Part shown: positions 28,811-41,793 of the stretch, in pieces
Layout: each line of letters starts with the position of its first letter
Position numbering within the stretch: position 1 is the stretch's first letter
NCBI GenBank assembly: GCA_964016885.1
Contig: OZ024740.1
Coordinates: forward strand, 429,040,001 to 429,104,000
Direction: 5' to 3'
DNA: 64,000 nucleotides
Origin: Eledone cirrhosa
Taxonomy: Eukaryota
Translations under genes and position numbers: made by a program
The notes under the pieces: model-generated
Told to the model about the DNA's origin: nothing
Database searches by the model: none
The model's input: only the letters and a program-made list of their open reading frames with translations

Positions 28811-29335
28811 CAGATGCCAATATAATATTAATGATCAGTGAAAAGGAGAACATTTATTTTGAACTAATGAGAAATATGCAGATATTCCACCCTGATATAC
28901 CTTTAGATTTATACCTGTGATTTTAGGGCTCTTGGATACGTAGTTAACTGTTCCAATACAAATCTTGAGAAGCTGGGCTTCACAGAACCAGAAACAATAC
29001 GACTAGTTAGGAAGTTGCCAGTACAGTCCGTTAATGTAAATATAAAAATGTGTAAAACATTTCAGAAATTCAGCATCTAATAACAGCATACATACATGTA
29101 TAATCACAAAACATGTAACTCAAAATATTACAGATTCACACATACAATACCATCCTTGCATACACACACACACAGATGCATATAGAGGTTCATACGAATT
29201 TACTTAGTTTTATTGTCTAAATTCCAATGAAAGTGTTTTGTGTCTATGTTAGAAACACACACACACTCTCTCCCCCCTCTCTCTCTATTTATAAAGAAAA
29301 CATATGATCTTTGCTAGCGGAGAAAGGAACAACAA

Positions 29336-29370
29336 TGGACATGTTTCGGTCATATTTGACCTCGCCAGCG
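29336..29370 (-). ncRNA. Degenerate minimal hammerhead
   Basis: CTGGCGA-ggtca/tgacc-GAAA-catg-TC; core A6G, stem I mostly lost. Confidence 0.45.
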
Positions 29371-29670
29371 AAACATTTAAAATAGGAACCCTTTTAGTAA
29401 ATAGCTATAGGCTTATTTTATTGACCCTGGAAAAGAAACCTTGACCCTCATAAAATATAAACTGCATACGAGGAACACCGATGACATGGAATTTACATGT
29501 CATCTAATTCTACACAGAGACATACATACACACACACACACATACATACATACATACATACATACATACATACATACATACATACATACATACATACATA
29601 CATACATACACAAACATACAGACATACATACATACACACATACATACATACAAACATACACACATACATA

Positions 29671-32600
29671 CTAGTCAGTCAACGCGATCAGTCGCATATT
29701 TTGGCGTGGGAGACTATTTATTAAATTTAAGATGAATACTATCTCCGACAGTAATGCCACAACTACAGCCAGGTTGAATAACTGGTTATTCTTCTAACTA
29801 TCCCTTCTGAAGACACCTTTTATTCGAATTCGTAGAGATATGCGACTAAATCCATAATTCATTTTACAAGGATTTGCTACAAACAGCATGGCTGAACACA
29901 ACATCAACAACAAAATTAAGGAAGTATCGAAGACAAACAACGAGAAAGGTAATAAACTTTATTCAGTTGTAGCTACAGAAGAAACCGAAATTATAAATCG
30001 CATTTCTCTTGGAGTTGCGAACTTAATAATGATTTATTTAATTGTTATAAAATGGCAAAAAACAATCCCCCCATTGGCTATATGAATAGAATGAAGTTAC
30101 ACTGGGACGAAATGCACCCACAGCTAAATTATTTCACAGCGAAACAATTACGCCAACAAACGACGTTTGTTGAACGTAAAAATAAGATAACTATTATTAA
30201 TTGTAAGTCCCCAACAATAAACATGTTATCAACAACACCTGCTACAGGTCGCCATGCTACTAGACTTCCTAGCAGCCAGGTCGAACAGCGCCTTGAAACA
30301 ACTACGCCTGTAAGAAATTTGACACCAGGTGTACCATCTAAGTCTACCTCGAATGCTGGGGAAAACACTATCGATAATAATAATATTCGAATAAATGTGA
30401 CACCACGTGTACCATCCGAGTCTACCTCGACTGTTGTGGAAAATACTATCGATAATGATAATCAAAAGTATAAACAATTGAAAATTTCCCTCAACGAAAT
30501 CTTCCAGAGAGAAATTAACTCATGTATAAATATCTCTCTGGCTGAACGTGTTAAAACGTGTTGAATTAAAAAAAAAACAAATAATGAAATACTACGTGTT
30601 ATTAACGAAATAGGGGGTGAATATTTACGACGGATAAAACCCCCAACATTTTGGCAAATCAACGCCTGTTTATATGCCTTAGCAACGACAGTAAAGCATT
30701 ATCTTGGTGATAGCAGAGATATTAACAAGAACAAAAACCACCAAAAATACCATCATATATAACTAAAATAGAAAAAAAGATTGCTGACCTACGAAAAAAC
30801 ATAAGATATGTGACAATGCTCCTTACATGCAAACAAACACAAAAAACCTCACTCCTCGCCAACAAAGAGTGAAAAATAAAATAGAGACGATGTTTGGTAA
30901 CAGTAGAACCAGAATTCTCCAATATAAGCTGATCACCCTCAAACAAGAATTGAGAGCTGTTAGCGAAAAACGCCGATACCTGAAGAAGGTAGATGAGAGA
31001 AAAGTGCTTAATAAAAGATTCAGACGAAACCAAACATCAGTCTATAGAGATATGAAGGGCAAAATAATAAGTGTCACTGAGGCCCCATCACAGAAAGACA
31101 TAGATTCCTTTTGGAGAAAAATATGGGGTGAAAAGAAGAATTTCAACCAAGATGCAGTGTGGCTAAGAGAAATCCGAAAGAACTATTGCTCCTACACTAC
31201 AACAAAAACATACGAAATAAGTGAAGGTACCCTTGAGACTGTGATAGGAAAACTCCAAGATAAGAAAACACCAGGAAGAGACATGATTGTCGGCTACTGG
31301 CACAAAAAACTAATATTCTATCGGAGGTATCTTACTGACCTCTACCAACAAGTTCTTAAGGGAGATACACTTATACCAGAATGGTTGACATTAGCACAAA
31401 CATTACTGGTCCCCAAGAACAAAGACACCCACTTGGCAAAAAACTACCGACCCATTGCATGCCAGAACGTGATGGATAAAATGTATACAGCCTGCCTGAA
31501 CCTATTCCTCCAAGATCACAGTGAAAATAATAACATCATCACAGATGAACAAGCAGCTGGAAAGAAAGGGGTTTGGGGATGTGCTGAACAACTCCTAACC
31601 AACAAAACTGCGATGTCGGAGGTGCGACAACTTAGGCGGAATATGACTACAGTCTGGCTGGACTACAGGAAAGCTTTCGATTCTGTTCCCCACTCTTGGA
31701 TGATAGAGGCCCTCCAACTTGCTAAAGTCCCAGACATTATTGTCAGAGCCATAGAGAGGCTGTCTTCTTATTGTGGGCTACTATCCTAAGGTTAAAAACA
31801 GAGAGGGAGGACTCTATTTTCACTGATAAAATAAAAATTTCAGGGGGACAGTCTCTCTGTGATATTATTCATCTTGTCGTTAAACCCCTTGTCCTTTCTG
31901 CTCAAGAAATGTCAGGGATATATCATTGGCTCACAGGAGGACAGAAATACGAACCTAACTAATAATTTCTTTGTGGACGATCTGAAACTCTATGCCAAGA
32001 ACATGGATGGGATGAAGAAAAATCTTGACCTGGTTACAACGTTCTCAAAGGATATAGGAATTGAGTTTGGCCAAGATAAATGCTCATACATGACTGTAAA
32101 GGGGGGAAAAACAACAACCCAATCTAGCAACATTGCCATCAATGGCTTAACTGTTTCACCGATATCTGATGAGGACTGCTACAGATACCTGGGGATAGAT
32201 GAGAACATATCCTATAATGGTATCTGTAATAAAGAACGCGTAACCAGGGAATACTACACCCGATTAAGAAAGATCTGGTCATCGGAACTCTCTGCGCAAA
32301 ACAAAACAGTGGCTCACAATGTGTTTGCTGTGCCTGTCCTAACACCAACGTTTGGAATACTCAATTGGACGATAGACGAAATCCGAGCAGTTGATGTTGG
32401 AGCTCAAAAAATACTGAACAACACCGGAAACTTCCACATCAACAGTGACATAGACCGCCTTTACTTGAAACGTAAGCAGGGAGGCAGAGGCCTAACATCA
32501 GTCCAGACAACATCTGAATGTCGCATCATATCTCTCCGACAACATCTACGAACCTCGAAGCGTAGGAGCCCGTTTCTCGAGCAAGTCTATCTGCATGAAA

Positions 32601-33764
32601 CAGATAAGATCATGAGAGTTGGGAAGGAACTCCTCGAGAGATATTCCCTGTGTGATAATCAAAAATTCACACCCAGGGATGTCGCTCAGCAGTATCGTAG
32701 TGAATCCATGGATAAAAAACTGCATGCCTATCAGCAAAAAATCATGCATGGATATGTTGCCAGAGAGCTCCAGAGTGAGAGTAATATAGATAAGGAAAGT
32801 AGTCTATCTTGGACCAACAACCGCTATATTGGCTCCCACTTTGAACGATACGCTTTTGCAATCCAGGAACAGGAGATTAGCACGAAATACCTGATTCACA
32901 AAAGAGATAGGGATGCAGGCAAAACATAGATGTGATAACAAGTGCAGACTCTGCAGAACTAACATCGAGGATATCACCCATGTCATCAGCAGCTGTCCAA
33001 AGATGTCATCGCGGTACTATCTACCTATGAGGCATGATGTAGTGGCCAAAACACTGTACAATGCAGTTCGTAAAAAAGATAGCTCTGATAATAAAAACAT
33101 TAAAAGCTACAGCCATGTGGAAGACATCGATGTACATAATATGAAAGAGTATTAGTGGAATGTTCCAATAAAAACCGCAATAAAATGCAGGCATAACAGA
33201 CCAGATATTATGATATGGGACAGGGAAAAGAAAGCATGCACAGTAGTGGAAACTAGCTGTCCAGCAGATGACAATATAATATCAAAGATTAGTGAAAAGG
33301 AGAACATTTATGCAGAACTGATGAGAAATCTGCAGATACTCCACCCTGATTACACATTCAGATTTATGCCTGTGATTGTTGGGGCACTGGGATATGTTAG
33401 TAACTGCCTCAATACAAATCTTGAGAAGCTAGGCTTCACAGGAACAGAAAGAACACAACTAGTTAGGAAATTACAAGTACAATCCATTAATGGAACAGTA
33501 AAAATATGTAAAACATTCCAAAAATGTTGCATCTAATAACTGCATATACACATGTACAGATACAAAGCATATACACATGGACACATACAACTCAAAACAT
33601 ACACATTCACATATACAATAACATCCATATCTACACATGCATGCATACATACATATCTACCTAGTTGATGTTGTGTAAATTTCAATGAGACAGTCTTGTG
33701 TCTTTGTTAGAAAGCGACTCTCTCTCTATTGGTAAAACTTTGTGAAATTATAAAACCAGAAGAA
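29671..33764 (+). mobile_element. Near full-length R4/Dong-clade non-LTR retrotransposon (single ORF: RT, CCHC knuckle, restriction-like endonuclease), frameshifted
   Basis: RT: YRPIAC, WLDYRKAFDSVPH, FQGDSLS..LFILSLNPL, FFVDDLKLY, YRYLG. C-terminal CRLC..HVISSC, RHD, RPDIMIWD..ETSCP. Several stops and frameshifts (about 30562, 30722, 31780, 32925, 33153). (CATA)n on both sides. Confidence 0.92.
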
Positions 33765-33839
33765 CATACATAATACATACATACATACATACATACATAC
33801 ATACATACAAACATACATACATACATACCATACATACAT

Positions 33840-34446
33840 GGTGGCTGCCAACTCGTTTTCGAGTACGGCCACTACTTTATATCCATGTAGGAGAACCCCT
33901 ACCGATGCACTGAACGAGTGTGGATTTTTAGTCCAGCCAGCGACTTGAAAACTCTGGTACAAACACTACACTTGTGACAATTATTGACACATAGTGCTGG
34001 GCCCCTGGTACCATGTGATGACAAGTGCAGAGAGATCTCCAGATATAAAGCAATGCCTGTGCTGTGAAGCTTTTATAGTGAGCAAAGGCACTGCACAAAG
34101 CCAGTCCCACTCTCTTAACCAAGATGATATTTACCAAAAAGAAGAACAAGTCAACATCATTGGATACCATCAGGGTTGCAGGTGTTATATCAGAGTTTTC
34201 CTTCTCCTAGAATTCTGCCTTGACAAAGGCTAAGGGGTCATCTCTCCCGGTGATTTTGGATGGCTATTGACTCTTAAGAGCCCCCTTGCCTTTTGACAGG
34301 TTTTGTTTTTAGTCCTGCAGGATGTCCAAAGCCACCCTCCTCACCAAGAAACCTTGGTGGGGTTGTCAGTTTAGTCGCCAACGACCCGACCATGAGACAG
34401 GTTGTACTGGGATACATGTTACCAGTAGCACCAACTGGTGACCTGA
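33840..34446 (-). mobile_element. Non-autonomous bipartite RTE-derived element, copy 1, with (TATG)n tail
   Basis: 5' part carries RTE 5'-UTR-like blocks (GGCGACTAAACT..CAACCCCACC, GGAGAAGGAAAACTCTGA); 3' part carries a C2H2-finger remnant. Near-identical to 34568-35174 and 62351-62935. Confidence 0.8.
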
Positions 34447-34567
34447 CACATACATACATACATACATACATAGATACATACATACATACATACATACATA
34501 CATACATACATACATACATACATACATACATACATACATACATACATACATACATACATACATACAT

Positions 34568-35174
34568 GGTGGCTGCCAACTCGTTTTCGAGTACGGCCAC
34601 TACTTTATATCCATGTAGGAGAACCCCTACCGATGCGCTGAACGAATGTGACTTTTTAGTCCAGCCAGCGACTTGAAAACTCTGGTACAAAGACTACACT
34701 TGTGACCATTATTGACACATAGTGCAGGGCCCATGGTACCATGTGATGACAAGTGCAGAGAGATCTCCAGATATAAAGCAATGCCTGTGCCGTGAAGCTT
34801 TTATAGTGAGCAAAGGCACTGCACAAAGCCAGTCCCACTCTCTTAACCAAGATGATATTTACCAAAAAGAAGAACAAGTCAACATCATTGGATACCATCA
34901 GGGTTGCAGGTGTTATATCAGAGTTTTCCTTCTCCTAGAATTCTGCCTTGACAAAGGCTAAGGGGTCATCTCTCCCACTGATTTTGGATGGCTATTGACT
35001 CTTAAGAGCTCCCTTGCCCTTTGACAGGTTTTGTTTTTAGTCCTGCAGGATGTCCAAAGTCACCCTCCTCACCAAGAAACCTTGGTGGGGCTGCCAGTTT
35101 AGTCGCCAACGACCCGACCATGAGACAGGTTGTACTGGGATACATGTTACCAGTAGCACCAACTGGTGACCTGA
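34568..35174 (-). mobile_element. Non-autonomous bipartite RTE-derived element, copy 2 (tandem with copy 1)
   Basis: Same ends as copy 1; 34706-34628 encodes HKCSLCTRVFKSLAGLKSHIRSAHR*. Confidence 0.8.
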
Positions 35175-35216
35175 CATACATACATACATACATACACACA
35201 TACATACATACAAAGT

Positions 35217-35410
35217 ATGACTGAACTTGAATTTGCGGACAAAGAGCGCAGCTCCCTAATTCATAGTCTACAAATGGCTGCGATAGCTGGCACCTTCAAA
35301 TTTGCAAAACATTCTTGCGATTCAAGGGATGACAATTTCTTTTCTTATACAACCTTGCCACCAGGAAGGTGGCCGGTCAAAAAAATATACTCGAAATTAA
35401 GAGAAAGAGA
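35217..35410 (+). mobile_element. 3' fragment of a second R4/Dong-like subfamily
   Basis: ELEFADKERSSLIHSLQMAAIAGTFK/CKTFLRFKG* aligns with KLGFTGTERTQLVRKLQVQSINGTVKICKTF; lies within CATA-rich repeats. Confidence 0.75.
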
Positions 35411-35886
35411 TAACAAACATATATACAAACACACATACAGGCATAAAACCTCAGATACACACACACACACATAAAACCACAGAGACACACACATACACTG
35501 TGATCATCAGATGAGTAAATAGATGATGAAAAAATGGTAGATACAACATAAAGCTTTCAAGAAAATTAACAAGAGAGGAAAAAAGGATTGAATCCCTTCT
35601 GCCGTAAAAAACATACAAGAAGACCACTCTAAAATCTTAACAGCAATGTTAAATTGAAATAAATTATCAAGACTATATTATTGGCTTGTAAGGAAATATT
35701 TAAATATCAGATTTATGGTAGAAAAAACTATATACATAATACGTAATACAAACACAGACACACATACACACAGACACACACACATAACTATATATCAGTA
35801 TATATTTATAAAATATATATATAATATATATATATACATATATATATACATATATATGTATATATGTATATATATATATGTATGTA

Positions 35887-35957
<71 letters not shown>

Positions 35958-36079
35958 GTAGGTCTATATATGTATGTAGGTGTATATATGTATGTATGTG
36001 TATGTATATATATATATTTATATATCTATACACGTACATACATACGTACATATATACACGTACATACATACGTACATAT

Positions 36080-36154
<75 letters not shown>

Positions 36155-36619
36155 AAAACAAAAGAACTATCCGTATTTAAAAGATTACTGAATGCATGAG
36201 AGAATCAGTTTGCTTACGAATGCTTTATCGTCTGCAATACATGAATAAAAATAGTAATAATAATAATAATTATTATTATTATTATTATTATTATACTAAC
36301 AACAACACCAACAACATCAACATTTATCTATATATTTTTTTCGGCTTCCATTATTTGTTTTATTTTTGTTTTATTTTTGCTTTTGTATTTGTGTTTATAT
36401 ATATTTAGTTATGTTGGTTTTCTCTGTTCCTTTTCTATGTTTTTTCCTTAACTACTTTTGCCCACTTACCATAAATCAAGACGGAATAACTCCTCATATT
36501 CTATATTTCATACTCAGTAAAAATATCACTTTTGGAAGCATCAAATGTTATTTTCCTAATTGACTCTGAGACAACTGGGTACGTTTCATTAATGTTCCGA
36601 CATTACACTCGTTATACTA

Positions 36620-36782
36620 ACGCCGCCGCCGCCGCCGCCGCCGCCGCTGCTGCTGCTGCTGCTGCTGCTTCTTATTCTTCTTCTTCTTCGTCTTCTTCGT
36701 CTTCTTCTTCTTCTTCTTCGTCTTCTTCGTCGTCGTCGTCGTTGTCGTTGTTGTTGTTGTTGTTGTTGTTGTTATTGTTGTA
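36620..36782. repeat. Compound in-phase trinucleotide repeat (GCC)n(GCT)n(TCT)n(TCG)n(TTG)n
   Basis: Direct observation. Confidence 0.95.
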
Positions 36783-37134
36783 GAGCTTGATATTACTAGT
36801 GGATGCTGTTGTATCTTTTCCTTTGCATGTGTATGAGTGTTTGTGTGTTTGTGTGTGAATGTTTGTGTGTGAGTGTTTCTGTTTCTGTGAATGTTTGTGT
36901 TTGTGTGTGCGTTTGTGTGTGAGTGTGCGTTTGTGTGTGAGTGTGTACGTTTGTGTGCGAGTGTGTGTTTGTATTTGTGTGTGTGTATTTGTGTGTGTTT
37001 GTGAGTGCGTATGTGTGTGTGTTTGTGTGTGTTTGTGTGTGTTTTATTACTCTTTTTTTTTACTTTTGCCATTTTTTTGTACAATTGTCCTTTATATATT
37101 CCATGATAACTTCCATTTTCTGTTTCCCTATATA

Positions 37135-37725
37135 TCTTTATATATAAAACTGAGGATGTCTGTCTGTGTGTGTTTGAGTTTGAATCCCTAAACCTAGAAA
37201 AGCACCCAACCAACTATTTTCAAACTTTACACATGTAATACTTATGTTTCAGGGAGTGTTCTGAGCAAAAGAAATTTCAAATTTTCAATGCTCTAGAGAC
37301 CGGATTACGCGATTTAGCGATCTCTTTCTATAATTCTTAGTCTTTCTCTTTTTAGATATATACATACATATAACGTCGCGCCCTTATAATATATGTGTGT
37401 ATGTCTGGCTGTCTGCATTACGTCACTTCCTACAATTCGCTCTGCGTCCAGAACGCGCCCTTATAATATCTGTCTGTATGTCTGGCTGTCTGCTGCCTCC
37501 GGTTAATCTGCCACCCTTGTTAAGACAAATCTCACACTCATTCCCCAAACAGTTGGTAAGTGCACACAACTTCTTCCTCACGTTTTAAGCTACAGTGTTG
37601 CTTACTTACGTACCACCAGACCCTTACTTCTTTGCCAGCCGTGGTTGTGGCAATACTAAGCTTAGCTAAGGCGGTTATATATTTTACAATACCTTATGCC
37701 GTGCAATGCCGGGTACTACTGCTAG
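37135..37725 (+). mobile_element. Non-autonomous Helitron
   Basis: 5' end A|TCTTTATATATAAAA..GTCTGTCTGTG; 3' end GC-rich hairpin CCGTGCAATGCCGG followed by CTAG|T; inserted between A and T, no TSD seen. Confidence 0.7.
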
Positions 37726-37796
37726 TTTACATATATACGCGAATGTGTTTATTTTCCTATGCTTTATGTATGTATGTGTGTATGTATGTGTGTATG

Positions 37797-37932
<136 letters not shown>

Positions 37933-37959
37933 CAGATTTATAGATTCAGTATAAGTATA

Positions 37960-38213
37960 TATATCATACCGAAATACAAGACAGAAAGTTCCCATAATAT
38001 TCAAACGTTCCCTGACAAATCCCTCCAAGAAATAGAGGATAAACCTGATACACCTGGATATGGCTTCAACAATAACAATTCTTTACTAGAGAGGGCCACC
38101 AAGTTCACAACATGACTATGTTGTGAACCCATAATCTGAAAAACTTCACCAGATGGTGCTGTTAAGTTAGACATGGCCTGGGCCAATACTGACTGAAACC
38201 TATCAAAGTTACC
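37960..38213 (+). mobile_element. 3' end of CR1-group LINE
   Basis: DKSLQEIEDKPDTPGY..NNSLLE plus 3' UTR (gttagacatggcctgg..gaaacctatcaaagtt) matching 63245-63460 (-). Confidence 0.8.
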
Positions 38214-38276
38214 ATATATATATATATATATTTCCTTCGAATGAAACAGTTCTAGTCCTGTAGAAGCCATTTCTAC

Positions 38277-38344
<68 letters not shown>

Positions 38345-38349
<5 letters not shown>

Positions 38350-39742
38350 CGTTTATGAATTTATTTGTTTAGCAAGATTCTTTATCTGAAAACGTGTGTT
38401 GAAACCGATATTGTTATACTTTGGGAGGGTCATGTTGCAAATAAGAAACACACGCACCAGTTGCTTTCACTTCAATTTATTATAATAAATTTATAAATTT
38501 AGGAATTTATAAATTTCCGGTTGGTTGGTTGGTTCCACAACCAGATGGTTGTTTATATATTGTCAAAGTTCTTTCGTCACACATTCTGTGACTTCTTCAG
38601 TGACTGGGGATTCCTTTCTTTGTTTTTGTGCCTCTCCTTTGTTCTGTCCTACGCCATCTTGTTTCTGTGTGTGTGTTGTGTGCTCAGTCTGCGCATGCGC
38701 CACATCCGAGTGTCTGTGTGTGTTTATATTCGTTTATTTATTTGTTTATTTACATGTTACTGGTTGGTTGTTTGTTCTATGTGTGTGTGTGTTTTCATTT
38801 TGTCCTTAATTGTAAGTTGTGATGTTGCTGTTCCACTCATGTTTTCTATTTAATTTTGGTTGTAATTCTTTTATGTTTATTGCCTCTGTGATTTGTCTAA
38901 ACATTGCGTCTTTTCTGTGTGTAGATTCTATTTTTATTTTTATTTCTATGTTCTCTAATTTACCCTTATGTTCTATTTTAGCATGTTGGTAGAGTACAGA
39001 TGATTCTTTACTATCTTGAAGGTCTCGCCAGTGTTCATTTATCCGTTCCCCTACACTACGAGCTGTCTCACCTATGTACACTATATTTTTGTCTCTACAT
39101 TGTTCTTCAGTACATCTTATGCTATATACTACATTTCTAGTTCTACAGTTAATATGGGGGCTTAATTTACAGGTTATACATTTCTTATCTATACAGGGGG
39201 TCTTTGAAAAGGGTATGTCTTGCTAATAAGTGTTTTTATGGAGGTACCTGGTCTTTCTACTATCTTAATATTGAGTTTATGTTTGTCTAGGGCCCTTCTA
39301 AATTTGCAAGCTAATTCACCTGTAGGGGTTGTATCGATGAACATTACACTCTGGTATTTATTGCTATCATACCATGAGTTTATTCTATTAGCCTTACTCC
39401 TAGTTCTTTCTATTCTATTCCAAAATACAAGGGGCAGGTCCCATTTGTGTCATTATTTACCATTTTTTCCCATTTGGTTCTGGTTCCTCTATACGCTCTG
39501 ATTTTATCTCTCTGATTGTAACCAGAGAACTGCATACGGTGGATGAAGTGTTGTATGTGTCTCTCTAGTTTTTCGGGTTGCACATGCGGGACACGTTTCT
39601 CATCACCCGTACCAAATCCGCAATCAGTATGTTGATTTTGGTATGGTCCGAAACAGCTGAGTTTCGGTGGATCAGATATTTGGAAGTCATGGGTTTGGCA
39701 TAATGGGAATGGAGGATTTGTTTTTTGTTATTAATGGTATCT
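38345..39742 (-). mobile_element. 5'-truncated PLE, Naiad-like: RT thumb, Cys-rich linker, GIY-YIG, 3' UTR with hammerhead
   Basis: ILHSHYAKPMTSKYLIHRNSA..NILIADLVRVMRN/HFIHRMQFSGY..GTCPLY/SWY..VMFIDTTPTGELA..IKIVERPGTSIK/PF..C..C..C..CRTRNVVYSIRC..VYIGETARS..RINEH..RQITEAINI..LNRKHEWN; 3 frameshifts. Confidence 0.88.
38562..38604 (-). ncRNA. Minimal type I hammerhead motif
   Basis: gtca-CTGAAGA-a-gtcaca/tgtgac-GAAA-gaac-TT-tgac. Confidence 0.7.
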
Positions 39743-40838
39743 AACTTTCAGTAAATGAAATTACTCGGAGCGTCTTGCTTCGGCCCGGGACCCGCCGCGC
39801 CGCGGTTTTTGACCGCCATATAGTACCTTTAAATTCTAGGCCTAATCGTAACTATTAGCTGTATCATGCCTCCCTCTACTGGCACTTAAACAAATCCCCC
39901 TCCTGTGTAAATGAATAGTACTCGTTTGGTATAACGATGGCCTAACGACGAATGGCAGACTTCCCACTAGCACACCCGAAGCCTGGAACAGTTACATTCC
40001 TCGAGTACTCGGAATAATTAATTTCCATATCTCTCGCTAGACGATATCACTCGGAATGGCTGACACGTGGTTAGGAAGGGCTGGCCGGAGTCTGCAGTCG
40101 TCGCGTGCTGTTTGACTGCTAAACAAGGACTTATTCTTTACTCTATATTCCACCCTGAAAACTTATCGAGAATCTCTATAATACACTTAAAAACTTTTTC
40201 ATAAAAGACCCTCTCTGTAAATTCTTTAACGAAATCTCGCAACCCAAACCTTAAATTTTTTTAAAACTGTTTAATTTTTAATTTTCAAATTTGTTTAAAT
40301 TTTATAATTTTAATCTTTAATTTAATTTTTTTAAATTTCATCCAATAAATCTAAACAAAAATTTAACGTTCCAATTTTCTGTTCACACATTATACCATAC
40401 AGACGTCCACTATATATACCTCTGTTATAATATATACCTCTGTTAAGAGATAGGTTCTTTAGAATAACTTTTTTCGCGGCAATTCCTAGCCTGATTGTAG
40501 CATGACATTAACGCTGACTTTTCTTCTTTCTTTCTGTCTTTTTTTTCTCTTTGACCGGGAGGTTAGTAGCACATTATAAGCTTTCGCCCCCCTCACTAGA
40601 TAGCCTTAAGTAAACTGAATAGCCAGCACTTGAGGGCGACCGGCTAAAGTGGAAGATGCTAGATGGTCGGTCGTCCTCGGGTCTATGATTTTCAGCCCCA
40701 TGGATTTTATCTGTTACATTCATTTATTATATTTCGAATACCTGATATCACCGGATTCATACGGAACCCGGTCATTGAAATGATCATAGTATAATAAACC
40801 TTTCAAGGATTTACACCAGTCCAGCCTCCTGTTATTTT

Positions 40839-40894
<56 letters not shown>

Positions 40895-41204
40895 GCGGGG
40901 GGGGGGTGCTCGTGTGTGTGCATGTGAACGAAGGGTAAAGGCAAAATTACTTGAAGAAATCATTCTCTATGAAGTGTATACATAGAAATAGAGTCTCACA
41001 GTGGGAATATGACGAGTGGGGAAAATGTGAAGCAATTAATGCCATCCTCGCAATGTCAAGACGGAAACTTCCTTCATGGATATTCAGATAAGGAAAAGCA
41101 AAGAAGGGTGAGAATTCCCATAATCCGAGATAATCCAAGTCTTTTGGAAAAATTTAAGACAACGCAGTACTAGTGGATCTTTTCTATAGGCCAACTTGAT
41201 GAAA

Positions 41205-41247
41205 GCAATCGGCATGTTTCGATCTTATTAGATGTCCTCAGCTAAGC
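41205..41247 (-). ncRNA. Degenerate minimal hammerhead
   Basis: CTGAGGA-c-atct/agat-c-GAAA-catg-CC; cleavage-site U and stem I lost. Confidence 0.4.
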
Positions 41248-41446
41248 ATAAATTCTCAACAAGCTAGTTTGATAAGAATGGCCGCTGAAAATAGATATAG
41301 GAAAAGAGAAAACAAACTGTGCGCTGAATATCTGTGTAGTGAAAGGGTAAATATGAAAATCGCTAATGTGGACACCCTGTACACATACAAATGGGAGTTT
41401 GTAATCTAAATATATTATGTGGGAAGGTGTTGTTAATATTATATAG

Positions 41447-41793
41447 AGGGCGGGAGATTGGCAGAATCGGTGGAACGTCAGACAACATGATTTATAGCTT
41501 AGAGTTATGGCTCTTTACACTCTGAGTTCAAATCCTGTCGAGGTTAGCTTTGACTTTTATCCTTACGGGGTCGATAAAGTAAAGCCCCAGTAATGCACTG
41601 GGATCGATTTAATTGACTTTCCCCCTCCCCAAAATTGTTGACCTTGTTCCTAAATCAGAAACCAATATTATTATCTGAGTTCAAATTCCGCCGAGGTTAA
41701 CTTTGCCTTTCATCCTTACGGGGTCGATAAAATAAAGTACCAGTAATGTACTGGAGGTAATTGCTGGCCTTGTGCCAAAAGTAGAAACAATTA
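41447..41793 (+). mobile_element. Two tandem tRNA-derived SINEs (full-length 41447-41672; 5'-truncated 41674-41793)
   Basis: A box TGGCAGAATCGG, B box GAGTTCAAATC, central TCCTTACGGGGTCGATAAA in both copies. Confidence 0.88.

Larger units (their letters stand above)
26898..29305 (+). mobile_element. Older degraded copy of the R4/Dong-like LINE 3' half, interrupted by microsatellites, an L1/Tx1-like fragment and a SINE
   Basis: Collinear with 32153-33765: VSPISDENCYRYLGIDENI, HGYVARKLQSE, HDIVANTVYN, WWNVP, HNRPDIMI, KMCKTFQKF and the 3' UTR. Confidence 0.9.

Noticed and set aside
29671-29890. HDV-like ribozyme at the 5' end of the R4-type element
   Set aside because: Some pairing is visible (tagtc/gacta, acgc/gcgt), but I could not build the nested double pseudoknot by eye.
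32166-32172. CTGATGA/CTGACGA words at 26912, 32166, about 57690 and about 59780
   Set aside because: They fall in LINE codons (SDE, ADD) with no GAAA or stem context, so they are not hammerheads.
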